The position numbers and the translations under genes were made by a program. A stretch of DNA of 63,417 nt, the filler included, from Parasitella parasitica NRRL 2501 (lineage: Eukaryota; Fungi; Mucoromycota), in assembly GCA_025201805.1 (NCBI GenBank). It is 6 parts of 6 records of this genome, joined end to end, with 100 filler letters (N's around TTAATTAATTAA, not from the genome) between each part and the next. Parts side by side here need not be neighbours in the genome. Positions count along the whole stretch, not along the records: positions 1 to 30,933 come from MU619328.1; positions 31,034 to 41,734 come from MU619369.1; 4 more parts are not named here. One strand, written 5' to 3'. Positions 25,665 through 38,499 of this stretch are shown here, piece after piece. Numbering within the stretch: position 1 is the first letter of the stretch; each line of letters starts with the position of its first letter. Below the pieces are notes generated by a model. That model was not told where the DNA came from and did no database searches. It saw only the letters and a list, made by a program, of their open reading frames with translations.

Positions 25665-27111
25665 TTAATCCTTTCTCTTCTTTTTCACCAAGTTCGAATT
25701 AGCAGATGAAGAATTGCGGTCTCTTTTTCTTTTTTTTTCGACATTTGAATTTGCAGCAGATCCGCTGGGGCTCAATATTTTATGGTGAAAGCTATATGCA
25801 AAGAGGTTTTGAATAAAAGGAAAGTAATCCCACTTCTGCCGCACAACACCAGCTCTTGCAACTTCTTTTTCTGCTGTCATCACGTCAACCTGTTGATTAA
25901 ATGGAGCAATTTGTTCAGCGAACTTATCAAGTTTGGATTTTGCTATTTCAAAGTCTCCAAGGCATAAACTCATCCAGATATCATCCATTGTGGCGTAATG
26001 TGGCATACTTTTATCTTGTATAGTAGAAAAAAATCGTTTTCTGTAGTTTTTCAGCGTAGAATGCGCTAGTTGTTTTCTTACTGCTTCACTCACGGAGTGT
26101 AAACATGCATCATATATATTCTTTTGGGTCAGCATAGTATGGTATGAGTCCTTCGTAACAGCCATTAAATTAAAAGAAAGATCATCTTGTCCTCTACATA
26201 AGAGCGTTAATAAAAAAAATAGTGAGTATAATGCTATTGCTATAATTACGTCGAATTCATTCGTGCTTCGATAATTGGTTTTACGGTAATGAGCCACTCT
26301 TCTTCTAGACATGCTTGAAGTCTTACTGGTTGTTTCTTGAGCCCATCAAGCTCCCAGACATAACCGTTTTTATGGATATAGGTGATATAATGAAAGTCTT
26401 CGGATACAATGTATTCAAAATTATCACTTTCGGATGTATCTAGTTTTTCATTCAAGGCATGTTCAGCTGTGTGATTTGCATTTCGTGCGAATGCATCATG
26501 GATCTTTCTTATTTCAGTGCAGCTACCTAAACAAAGTCCTCGGTTCTATCAAAATAGTCATTACCTTGTTGTTGATTTTGAAAATCTTACTTACCACTGG
26601 CGAAAATCCTTCGGTAAATTGTAAAAAATTGTTCAATATTTTTCCCTTTTCAATATCTGCATTTAATAAAATGGCCAGGAGTGCCAAAGTGCCGCAAACA
26701 TTGGTTACAACCTATTCCGATATAGATTAGACGATATAAAATTCCAAAATGTTATACCTACTTGAGCTGTAAATATGATTTGTTCGCCTAGGTGATCAAT
26801 TTTATCAAAATCATCTGGTAAATCATCTTCAACATATCGCGAAACAAGCATAAACCCATGCACAGAGCTATTATAAGGAATTAAAATCCTTTCATCGTTT
26901 GCAACTTATTCAAAATTTACCTAGGGTCGTAGGTGTCAACAAATTCAATTGATATTACTTCTTCTACTTTCGTATCCTGAATCCCATATTGCTGTATCAT
27001 GTCATCGAAAATCGCTATGGTTTTAATTAGATTGCAGAGCGTATTCAAAAAGTTAACAAGAGTACCTGGATCAGATGGAATCAAGGCCCAATTCTCTGTT
27101 TGCTCGTTCAT
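25665..27111 (-). CDS. Ubiquitin C-terminal hydrolase, UCH37/UCHL5-like (peptidase C12), multi-exon
   Basis: WALIPSDP, NVCGTLALLAILLN (Cys), FHYITYIHK (His), WELDGLK (Asp), FNLMAV, RQKWDYFPFI C-terminal motif, basic NLS-like tail. Confidence 0.85.
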
Positions 27112-30100
27112 TTGATTAAATATTTGAAGTTGTTCCAAAATGTGATAATGGTTATGTACTGAAAAAGTTTTTTATGAAATGAGAACAAAAGTGCAGTTCA
27201 CAGTTTACTGAAGATTATCACTTATAAATGTTAAAAAAAAATGGACGCGTTACTTCTTTTTTTTTTTTTGTCAACTGAGACAAAAAAGACCTCACACCAT
27301 GAGGCTAAATAAGTTTTTAATAAACATAATATTTATCAGTCCGTGCACTTACCATCATCTGAAATTGACTATCAGGCAAGGCAGAACCTCATTTTACAGT
27401 TCACCCAGTGTTTCCTTTATTTTTATATTAAACAGATATTACAGCTTAAGAAAACTAAAAATGTGAAAAGGTAAATGATATGGCTATTTCAGATACAAAG
27501 TGTATCTTTTTACAGCACTTCATCGCTACAAGATTATTTCACTATATCTAGAAGAAGCTAGTTTGGACCAAAAGCTTGTCTTAACGCTTAGGTCTACAAG
27601 TTGTATATTTGAAATCTTGCGGCTTCAATTTTTTGTCTTATATTTTTTCACATCCATGCGAGTCCCAGAATCGAAGTTTGTTCCTTGAAAAAAACTGGGA
27701 TTTTCAGATAAATAATTAAACCAACCCCTCTGAATACAATTGTAACGTCGTTCAATGCCTTACAAAATCTGCTTTTGGCATCTTTACTATGACATTTGAC
27801 ATAATCGCGATTTAGGTATTGCCAAGGTGGAGCCTCAGTTTTCGAGTCAAAAGTAAAAGAGCAAGAAAATTTGACAGCTCCCACGAGCTAATTTTATGCA
27901 GGGTCCAAATGAATTTAATTGGATCTCGGAGTACGAATTTTGAGGTACGACTTTTGCTTTGCATGAATTCGAATGTTGCCCAAAATAGATTTTTTTCTCA
28001 TTCGAGTATTCCGCTTCTCAAGAGGACAAACCAACTTGTACTGGAGCTTTGATTATCCACGCAATAGTCAATTCCATCAGTTGTGAATGTGTCCAATCGA
28101 AGGAAACTAGGAATGATATATTGAAGTATTCTTCAAGTCAATGCTTGGTGATTAGCAGTTTATCGTCTTGCAATTTGCATCCGCAGCTGCAATTAATACT
28201 AAACACATTCACAGCGTTGCTGATAAAACTAGATCTTCCCAAACTCTTATAACAGAAATATAAACACATCGTCAACAAATTCAAGTACGGATTATTAGCA
28301 GAACAAATGACAGTAAAAAATAATGATTTTATAAACAATTCGCGTATTGCGCATGCCATATAGGCATGGTTGTAATTATTAGTGTTTTGAGTTTCTAATA
28401 TTCTATTAAAATGCTACTCGCCAACAAGAAAACTTAATTTTGGGGCGCGATTTTGATATAATGTGTGTTAATTCACGCCATATAATGATAGACTATTTTA
28501 CAAGAAACATTCAAATTAATGTAAAAGGTACAGATTTTTGCATATATTGGAGCCTTAGTAAAAATGTATAAAAATCATTGTAGTGCTAAAGCCTAAATAA
28601 ACTTTACTTTATCAATCGCTTCAAATCAACATTCATTGTAAAAGAGCTTAGTGCCATTAACTAGCTCATATCTCATACACTCGCGTCAATCATTACTGGG
28701 TCTCAGTAACACCTATATATGTTACATAGTATGTGACGGCTCAGTAGTAATGTTAGTATTTAGAACTGGCAATATTTATCATTAGTTTAGTGCATCGTTT
28801 TACATACTATACTATATAATTATACCCACCACAGAATTGGCTGGTGGCATTTATCCAATGCCATGGCATATATGTTGAGACTCCTTTTCCTCAATTGAAT
28901 TTTTCTCCCTCTCAAACATACTTGATAATTCAGAGGAAGCCACGATTTTAATATAACTTAATTGTAGAAGAGCCGTGAGTACCGCGTATATTATATTGAT
29001 TACAATGTATTAAGAATTCAAAATATAGCAACCTAATTTGTTAGAATCCTATATGGTCGATCTATTATTGAATCACACAGATTTTAATTTTTGAGGAGCT
29101 ATAATATAGTAATAATCTACTGTCCAATTTTTTTACTTTCATGTGGAAGGCGTCTTACAATGTTGAGTATAGCCAAATTTCTTTACAACAGGGCACTGTA
29201 ATCAGCATCCCATGCGGACACTACAAGAGTATAGCAAAAACAATTTTTTGAAACTTTTCTATGCTCGGAAACTAACATGATGAAAAAAATACATTTCTCT
29301 ATCGTAGATGCTTGATTGCACGAAACTGAGATTTTTGCTCAAGTAAACTGCAGACTTAGGAGTATCAAGAACTGCAACAGCAAGATAAACTTTTCTGTTT
29401 TCACGAGATATTAAGTTGTAAAGATTTTCATTATAGGCAAATAAACTTTTCGGTTTCTTTATTTAAGGTCTTACAATTGTCACGACAAGGAAAAATGAGA
29501 CTGATGACAAAATAGCAGGATAAAAGAGCCAAAATAAACTCAGTAAAAGTGACTGATGATCTGTGAATGTCCAATTAGTTGATACAGCTACTGTAGGACA
29601 CGAAGTTTTTCAGCTGCAAAAAAGAGAGCTACGGGCAAACATGGCTCCAGAATCGCATCTTGGAGTACATCATGATGAACTTAGGGGTCTAGTACTCCTA
29701 AATACCTTATAGACACTAGAGTTTAGCAAAAAAAAAAAGGTTAGCAAAAAAAAAAAAGGTTAATACAACAGACACAATGTGCGCTAACTAAAACTTCAAT
29801 TTTGAAGAAGGAAAGAGAGATCAGGTTGATAATAAAAGAAACAGGTACTGTTCCAAAAGGCTCAATAAGAAAGACCCAGAGAGGACATAGGCTAAACAAT
29901 TCTTGCTCATGGCTTTCACGTCTTAGAAGATAGTAACAACTGCAAATAATTTAAGGAAGAGTACCGAATAAACTGTTGAAATAACGTGATCGGAGATTAA
30001 AATATATGAAAACTATATTTAACTAGTTTCTGAGTTCAAATTTTGGGGCAGAGTAATTGTGTATGAGGTAGGATTGTTGGAGATATTCCTAAAAGCTAAG

Positions 30101-30778
30101 GATTGTTTCATCACATTGTAATTTACTTCTACCATTTGCATGTAAGTCATAAAAAAATCATTAAAATCATACTCATATTATAATTTTTGGCATATGAGCA
30201 TTCATCATGTTAATACGAATACCTTGGAGGAAAGGCGTTACTTCCTCCTAAAATAAGCTAATTTTAGCGTAGATATGATGATATCCATGTTGTGCTTTAA
30301 TGGCAAAGCTATCCGATTTTATCGGAGTAAGCAGTAGCATGTTTTAGATTTCCGCGTCCTCACAAAACACCCGCGCTGGCAAATTTTGAATTCAAGTCGA
30401 TATTTACCACGCTCAAATTTGTGGGTTTAGTGGGTAATTTTTTAAAAAAAACCAGTAAAAAACGTGACCTACTGTAGTTTTGCAATAGGTATTTAGTTCA
30501 TTGTTTGTAAACTTTTTTTTTGAAAAAGAAATACATGTTTACATATGATTGAACGTTCCAAACATTTTATATTTACTTGATAAGTTTAGAGCAACTTTGC
30601 AAATGTACCGCCCAAATCCATCTGGGGGTCTACTGTTCCGGAATCCGAGCGGGAGAGAACAATAGAAAATAATGGATCAGGGCGAGGGCTTTAAAGTCTT
30701 ACTAAAGTCCCCAGGCAAGTAGGCAGGTAGGCCGATAGACTACCCAGTGTTCTCCCGGTGTCAAAGGGCGCAGTGTAT

Positions 30779-30933
30779 TGTTATGTAAATATGATTTGTA
30801 TAAAGTAATAAAAACTTTTCCGAATAAAACCAGATACAAAACTGAAGACACTTTTATTGACATAAGATATGATCTCTATTTATACTAAAATATATCCCAA
30901 TCAATGTTTATCCACATAACATCTGATGTTTGA
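30779..30933 (-). repeat. LTR fragment (family A), inverted relative to 31660-32026, truncated by gap
   Basis: Reverse complement aligns to 31876-32026 (TCAAACATCAGATGTT..GTGGATAAAC..GAGATCATATCTT..ATCTGGTTTTATTC..ACA). Confidence 0.7.
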
Positions 30934-31033
30934 NNNNNNNNNNNNNNNNNNNNNNNNNNNNNNNNNNNNNNNNNNNNTTAATTAATTAANNNNNNNNNNN
31001 NNNNNNNNNNNNNNNNNNNNNNNNNNNNNNNNN
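30934..31033. other. Artificial scaffold linker (N-TTAATTAATTAA-N)
   Basis: Same 12-mer, with stops in all six frames, between N runs; recurs at ~41735, ~48738, ~57530, ~62248. Confidence 0.95.
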
Positions 31034-31383
31034 TTTGAAGTAGGTGACAAAAGTAAGATGCCTCTGGTGGTCTTTGGTGAAGGGTTAAAAAACAAAGATC
31101 ATATAAAGTTCAGAGGTTTAAGACACGGTGTTTCGAACAAAATACACAAGCAACTACAAGCAAGAGAAAGAATTGGTGAACTATTACTAGTAGATATTAA
31201 TGAGTTCAAAGCATCGAAGGTTATTAAGGAAAAAACACACATAATTCACATATTGCATTTTTAGCTAAAACCGATTATTCATAGATCTGCAACAACTGTC
31301 TCAAAGAAGATCTGGAAAATTTCAAGATAAGCCATGACAACGAAGAAACCAAAATCCATCAGGTATTGAAGTGTAAAACTTGA
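31034..31383 (+). pseudogene. Fanzor/TnpB-like RuvC-zinc-finger C-terminal fragment with one intron
   Basis: MPLVVFGEGLKN..FRGLRHGVS..LLVDINEFKASK | intron 31220-31284 | ICNNC..HQVLKCKT*; INEF-x-x-SK-x-CxxC pattern of RuvC-II plus zinc ribbon; ends before the WNRD motif. Confidence 0.7.
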
Positions 31384-31659
31384 AATTAGTCAGTAAAATG
31401 AATCTGCCAAAAAGTTACACCTTTATTGGAAATTGGGTGTATTTATATTAACCAGCATTTTGTACTAACGTCGTAACGTATGACTGCAACTAAGGTTCAC
31501 TATATAGAGCATGTGTTGTAAATTCCTGTTTTACCCACGCACACTGGCTTTAGTCCCTTGATCTGGCTACAAGCCCTATAGCTTGTTATTGATATAACGG
31601 TATCCATATAAAGGCTACATATGCCATATTAAAATAGTTATAATGTACAGATTATATAC

Positions 31660-32026
31660 TGTAATATTAATTGTTGGTAATTCTTTTACAAATAAGGAAT
31701 AAGCTATAAGTTGTAATTGGACCTCTTGCAAGGTTCCAGGCTTATTCAAAGAATACACCTAGATCAGATCGCGGGATGTCGGGAAGACATCCTACCCAAT
31801 CTTCTCTTTAATGTAAAATAGAAAGATAGGTCTGTCCTGGAAATGCTGTGATTTAATAATGTTTGACACTTCCTGTCAAACATCAGATGTTTTGTGGATA
31901 AACAACGATTAGGATATATTTTAGTATAAGAGAGATCATATCTTATTTCAATAAAAATCTTCAGTTTTCTATCTGGTTTTATTCAGATAAAGTCTCTATT
32001 ACTTAATAAATAGCATTTTCACAACA
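31660..32026 (+). repeat. Solo LTR (family A)
   Basis: TGTAAT...CAACA termini; AATAAA near 3' end; homologous to 30779-30933 and 62869-63188; no clear TSD. Confidence 0.7.
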
Positions 32027-33517
32027 TTTCGCTTTGCTCTTCACACTGGCACAACATGGTATATTTTGACAGATCTTTAAATACAGACACCTCCTCGAGA
32101 TAAATAACCGTAGGCCTCTTCACACAAAAACTTGGAGCGCTTGCAATATGCACGTTTTTAATAGCAGATCTACTTTCTCTAGCCTTTGGTCTCATGTCGC
32201 TCGATAGCACAACATTAATTACTTCTGCCACTCTTCTCACTAATAGTCGGGCAGTGAAGATCATCGACAGGACTTTGCCAGAATACCAAGATCTGAAGCC
32301 TATAACAGTTAATCATATCTCATCTCTCATCTTTCGTCTCTCGTTTCTCGTCTCTCGTCTCTCTGTCAACAAGAATGATGGCAAATACCTGAAACTAGCT
32401 GCAGATGGGTGATAAACAGGTCATTAAAGGTTATCTTAGCTTGGACACTGACGCCAAGATTGCTAGTTATTCATTATCATTCTAAGACTATTCGCAGTAT
32501 AGAAAATCTTTCACCACAGCTATACCAAATCAAGTAGTATTCTAAGCAATTTGGTAAAGATAACCAGAAGAAACAAATATTAATCTTTACTTCTGTCAGA
32601 GCTAAACATATTCAAAATTCTCCATATCATATTTGGGAATATTCGTAAAGCTTACAGATTTACGTTACGGCATTGCCGGGATGACCAATTTCTGACATTC
32701 AGAATTTGCAATTTAGTTACCACCAAAACCTGGAAAGCGCATGCAAACGTCAAAGCATTTGTCTGCACAACATATTATACAATTTGGTAGCGAGGCGTTA
32801 GTGCAACTAAAACTATCATGTCAATATCACTCTCTGTTTGTACAGGTCATGGTACGAATTTACATAATTACAAGTAAGTCTAAGCAAAGGCTTCCATTCA
32901 TCTCAAAGCTAACTTTTCGTCTGATTTCATAAATTATTGATTCAAAAGCCAACTTGAAAAAACCAAAGTTTTATAACATTATAATGCAGGTCAATGGCTT
33001 TTCTTGCAAAGGCCTATAAACAGTATGCATTTAATTTTAGGCATTTCTTATGAAATGTATCCAATCCATCGTTGAAATTACTATGGCTGTATAAGAGGGG
33101 TGCAAACGAATGGAGAGAAAGCATCTTCGTGTAATTTCTGAACTATCATTATTCGCTATAAGTGCATGATTATGTTTTTTTTATTCTATTCTTTCATATT
33201 AGAAACTTCCCTTGTATACCCTACAAATTAATCAAAATATATGGAAGCCAATTAATTTCGATTTTTGGATGTAGCAAAATCTTTGTGAACATATTCTTGT
33301 TACTAGTCTTGATTAATAGAATTTACATCATATTATTCAAGTATACTAATAGTGTGTAAATATATTGATTTTTAGGATATGAATTAAATATACTTCATTC
33401 TCAACTTTATTCTCTGTTGTCTATTTTGACATAAATAATACACGAAGATCAATTTATTTCTTTCATTATTAGGTCTGTACTGATATTTTATCAGTTTTAT
33501 AAAATGGCTGCGAATGC

Positions 33518-34339
33518 TTAACTTTTAATATTGTGTGTATTTATAAGCATACGTGGAGCTAATCTTGTCACCATAATAATACCATCATCCGTACTACTGA
33601 CGATGGCTTCTACAGGTTCTGAAATATTATTCTGATGGTCTATAATCCAGTCAAACCTAAGTCTTACAACCATATTTTGTTCTCGGGCCACATCGATTTG
33701 AGAGTCCAAGTCATCTAAATCTTTTTCCTTCACATACTCAAAAAAAGATGTACCCAAAGCCTTTTCAACATCTAATGATACCAATTCGGTTGCCATTTTG
33801 GAAGCAAAAACAATGTTTAAATCAGAAGCAAATCTGTTCAGAATTAGACAAAATCGACGCTCTTGAGATAAAATAAGTCGACTATCCTTCCAAATCTTAT
33901 CCTTATCTAATGTTGGTTTTGGCTTTGAATGTTGAGTATTCCATGAACCTGCAACCTCTAAGGTACCATCAGGTTGACAAATAAAGACTTCATCCACAGT
34001 ATTTGCTCGTGTTCTATGTTCTAAGGAATCCTCATCATATATAAAGTTGCTACCAATAAGAACATCATGGCAATAATGAATGATGGTTTCTACCCTGATA
34101 TAAGACCCGTTCTTCATGCGGTAGCGGTAGGATACCATGGATGACATCTTTTCGTTGTAGACGTTAGTCAAATGCACTTTATGTAGACTATCACAATCGC
34201 CAGGATGAAATAAGTCGAAGCCTTCTCTGCCAATAATGTCTTCAGGCTCCCAGCCAGCCAAACGAGTGATACTTTCAGATACATATACAATTCTTGCCTC
34301 TGCTGTATTGTCCCAGATAGTAATCCAGTTATCCTCCAT
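33518..34339 (-). CDS. Tandem PAS-domain protein (single exon)
   Basis: MEDNWITIWDNT..RIVYVSESITRLAGWEPEDIIGREGFDLFHPGD (PAS1); RFCLILNRF..IVFAS..SFFEYV..STDDGIIMVTR (PAS2); the poly-F N-terminus of the longer ORF is a poly-A artefact. Confidence 0.8.
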   Translation of the reverse strand: MEDNWITIWDNTAEARIVYVSESITRLAGWEPEDIIGREGFDLFHPGDCDSLHKVHLTNVYNEKMSSMVSYRYRMKNGSYIRVETIIHYCHDVLIGSNFIYDEDSLEHRTRANTVDEVFICQPDGTLEVAGSWNTQHSKPKPTLDKDKIWKDSRLILSQERRFCLILNRFASDLNIVFASKMATELVSLDVEKALGTSFFEYVKEKDLDDLDSQIDVAREQNMVVRLRFDWIIDHQNNISEPVEAIVSSTDDGIIMVTRLAPRMLINTHNIKS

Positions 34340-34374
34340 CTGCTTGTTTGATTTTTGATTATCTTGTGGAGGAG

Positions 34375-34412
<38 letters not shown>

Positions 34413-35051
34413 CTAATCAAGTTCAATGTCCTTGAACAGTTCGACTTTTGGTACCAGTCTCACTTGACAGCTTCCCAAGGTCATAAGGTACAATAAACTC
34501 TCGGCAATTGATGATCGATGGTGAAGTTTCCTCAGATATCCACTGTAGATACCCAACATAATTCTTCAACCATTAGTAATAAGATGAGATTAACATTATA
34601 ACTCTAGCTAAAGCCAAGACTTACTCAACAATAACATTATTATTTATCAAATCTCACATCTTTCTCTTGTAATACAATTCTCCCTGTAATACAAAAGTTA
34701 ATGATCTGCATTATACGCAATTCTTTACCTGGATTACTAAACGAATGACAGCATAGTGTTTCAATTTACAGGAATTGCGTTATAGACATGTACCCTCTTA
34801 GCTCTAAAGTCAGTGAGGTGTGTTCAATTAGAGATACTATAGTACAAAATGTAATTTTTTCACATGTTGAAACACTATAAAATACGGACATTTGATTATC
34901 AAATGCTGTTTATACTACATAGAATAGCGCGTTTTATTTTATTATGAAAGGGTAGGAAAAAAAGCGTAAAATATATTTTGGATATACATGAATGATTTTT
35001 GTTTCAAATGGGGATGTCGACAACCTGTGTTTTGTTTGACTATATATATCT

Positions 35052-35959
35052 CTAATATTCCTTCTTCTTTTCATCGTAACTCAAACCACCAGGTCCAGTG
35101 CTAACAAGCAATAAGAAACCACCAACTGTGCTTAAAGATTGGAAGAAATCATATCTCAAGAAATCGCGCTTATAATAACTATGTTGAACTGACCAAAAGT
35201 TGTTGACAAATACGTTGAGAACAGACAAGAAAAGAACTAAAAACATCGCCGACCATTTAGCCTTGAAACCAACAGCAACCATGACACACGCGGTTAAACC
35301 AAGAAGAGAGACAGCGATACGCATAAGAGACCAATCCCCATGGAAAGCAGATCCGATAAAGAGGAAAATCAGAAGGATACGACCAGCTAATTGTAAATAC
35401 ATACGGCGGTTGGTTTCTGAAATCTGAGGAAGAGCAGCGAACATTTGCTTGCGTTTGACCATAGTTTCGGACAAAACCATCATTAACCCGCCCATCACTG
35501 ATAAGTTACGTAAAAAGAAAGACATGTCGAAGATTAAACCATAACCAAACGCCTGGGCTATAATGACACCCATAAGGCCATAAACAGCGTAAGTTTGCTG
35601 TTTTTTGGCTACAATCCCAAAAGAAGATGCCAACATGACCTATATTCATGTTGATGATTAGTTTCCCAACACGTAGAAATTCTTTTCTGTCTGATCACTC
35701 CTTATTTTTTTACACTTACAATAACGTTTAAACCAAGGAAAATGTGACTCAACCCATAAGGAAAATGTCTACTTTGCTCCATAAAGGTACGTTGGTCTTC
35801 CCATTGCATCATAATACGCATAGAATCTTCGAGGAAGGTGGCCACAATTAAAAGTCTTGACATGGCTGGAATATATGGCTTCAAAGGTTGGCCCACTTTA
35901 TCAAGGACATCTTCAACTTTTGTACTGAATTCTTCTACTTGTTCTTTGATAGCAGACAT
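35052..35959 (-). CDS. ERV29: ER cargo receptor Erv29/SURF4 (2 exons)
   Basis: PLKPYIPAMSRLLIVATFLEDSMRI, FFLRNLSVMGGL, RDFLRYDFFQSLSTVGGFLLLV..GPGGLSYDEKKKEY dilysine C-terminus. Confidence 0.93.
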
Positions 35960-36286
35960 GGCTGATTTATAATAGTTTTATTAAAAAAAAAGAAGAAGAA
36001 AAGAGAGAGAGAGAAAAAAAAAAAAGGGAAAACTAAAGCTGGAGAGCTTTGTTTGCTCCAAAACAACGCACATCTTTGCCTCCTTTGAGTCGCCATCGTA
36101 ATATCATCCAATAATATTGTACCACACAGAATTAAACATTGTTTTTTGTCAATCAAACATGATATAATGCTTGGAAATAAACGCAGTTTCATTTACTTGA
36201 TGAGTTCTATACTCAAGAAGGGTTGGAAATGAAATAGAATATAATTTTTTTAATTAAAAAGGTTCAAAGAATATTTATGTGTAAAA

Positions 36287-37458
36287 TCACCATGGTCTAT
36301 TGACTTCAGAAACAGTCAATGTTTGACCAGCTGTCCACGTTTGACCACCACCCAAGGTAACCCAATCAGCAACACTGCCAGCTTCCACGCATAGCATATT
36401 TTTGTATTCTTCATTACCAAAATCATTCATACTCTGGGCCTTTTCAATCCAGGGATTCCAGACAACTAAAAAAGCTGGTTTAAAATTCATGCAAAATGCC
36501 AAACATTATTATATGAACCTATATCCTTTAAATTTGACTTCTCAATCCCAATCGAAGAGCCATTACCAACTTCAAGAACAATATTATCTTCGACTACTTT
36601 GTATATTCTGTCGACTTCTCCGATGATGGTTACCTTTTTGTTTTCCTCAGTGGACTTGGCAGCGTTGTTAACCTTATCGATGTATTCACAAGAAGTCAAC
36701 CCTTCAACTGCAGACTTGGTGACGTCCTAATCGTCAAACATGTTGATTTTTGTATGTATTATCTTACTACAGAATACTTACTGGAACACTGAAATAGGTA
36801 TGAAGAAGTGTGTTGAATTCAAAGGTATCTTCATCCTCATTTTTCACAGTGATAAATGTTTTGATGGATTTAGATGTCAAACTGACAGTGTAAGTCAAAC
36901 GGAAAGAATGACGCCATGCATTTCTAGCCTCTTGAGGAATTTGCGTGTCCTTTAATCCAAAACGAACAGAGACTTCATCATTATCGCTGACAATGCCAAG
37001 GTACTCCCAATAGTTGTTACGAGCAAACCCTTTATGTAAAACATTCAGTAATGGGAGAAAAAAAATCAGAAGTGATTTTACCATGTTGGGGAAGGGTAAT
37101 CTTGTCCTTGGTGCCGAAAATAGGGAAGCAAATTGGGATACCACCACGAATGGCTTTGGTACCATCACGTTTGGCTTGCTTACTACACATTTAGTCAGAA
37201 TAAAAATGAAACAACACGCACAATACATTATTGAATAAAAATGTAGTGTATTTCAAAGCTCTCTTTACCTGACAAAAATACGTTCTACACCACCGACAAC
37301 CCAACTAGTGAGTGTGGCACCTATTGATATATAAATCAGTTTTGGTTACAATGGTAACGCGTCAAAGAAAGGAAAATTGTACCAAAAAGAGCGATTTCTG
37401 CTCTTGAGCCAGAGGGATGTTCAAGCGTAATAACCTTGTTGTTTTCGTTGGCAGGCAT
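36287..37458 (-). CDS. Glucose-6-phosphate 1-epimerase / D-hexose-6-phosphate mutarotase (aldose 1-epimerase family), multi-exon
   Basis: GATLTSW, KAIRGGIPICFPIFG, HGFARN, FNTLLHTYF, EVDRIY, VVWNPWIEKA..M.DF..EEYKNMLCVEAG. Confidence 0.9.
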
Positions 37459-38499
37459 CAAGTATTTATTTCGAAATTGAAAGATGAAGGAAAAGAAAGT
37501 GTAAGAAGAAAAAAAAAAAAAACGCTTGATTATGCGAGAGAGTTGTTACTTGTTCTATTTGACAGCTTTTTCGTGTGTTCTATCTGATCAAAAGATCTTT
37601 GATCATCTTTCAAGTTATTAAAAAACCTTCACGCATTTTGTGCTTGCGCTGTAAACCTTTACAAAATCTTGAATGCGTCATGTGCAATCTCATGGCTATT
37701 TCATGTTCAGGCAAAAATAATTCATATCGCAACAAATCAATTAAAAAGACAAACTGTTATACATGAAACAATAATATATTTTATTGAAGAAGTGAAAATA
37801 TTAATTACATGTTTGATACAAAATGCTTTTTTGTTATCCTTTTCATTGTAATATTGTGTCTGAAGGTAAACAATCAAGTGGAAAAGAGAAATAAAATTCA
37901 ATATAGACTTCTTTTTTCAAAGCATTTTTGTCTATAATATGTCGAGAGCAATTCAGTATAATATTAATATTGAAATGATGAGACAGTGTGCAGCTTGTTC
38001 TATCACAGGCTTGGTGGGCCTCTAAAACAAATTAGCATCTGGCTAAACACTGTAGTGATAAATTTTTTATTCGAAATATCATGTGTTTAAAAGCTGGGAT
38101 TACATGAATTCGATAATTTCATAGCATTTGTCTGCATTGATGAAATTTCGTGAATGGATGCAATTTCAGCGCCCAAACGATGATTCGATAGCGTAGTTCT
38201 TTCACTTTTACTTAATAAAGACCATGACGTATAGATTAAAACTTCAGTAGGATCTGGCCTTGCCATTTACACAACATGCACTATGTTTTTTATCTGCATA
38301 ATTATTCTTTAACATATTCCCAGGTTGAAAATAGGTTTACTTTGAGGGAAAGTGCCACTTCATCATAATCGATTTCTTCTCAATAAGTGTCTGCTTGATG
38401 ATATCTGTAGTATTTAATGTTTAATAATGCTAAAATTCAAAAAATATCAGTATCAGGTTTATCATCTTCGTTTCTTCTTTTTCAGCCTTTAAATTGAAT

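Noticed and set aside
27500-28400. Cluster of short ORFs as a gene or TE
   Set aside because: Stops in all frames and no motif recognised
29490-29570. Two CTGATGA motifs as hammerhead ribozyme or C/D snoRNA cores
   Set aside because: No supporting stems or correctly placed GAAA; expected by chance in AT-rich DNA
30779-32026. Inverted repeats flanking the Fanzor fragment as its terminal inverted repeats
   Set aside because: They are LTR-family copies (third copy at 62869), diverged from each other and separated from the fragment by an artificial linker
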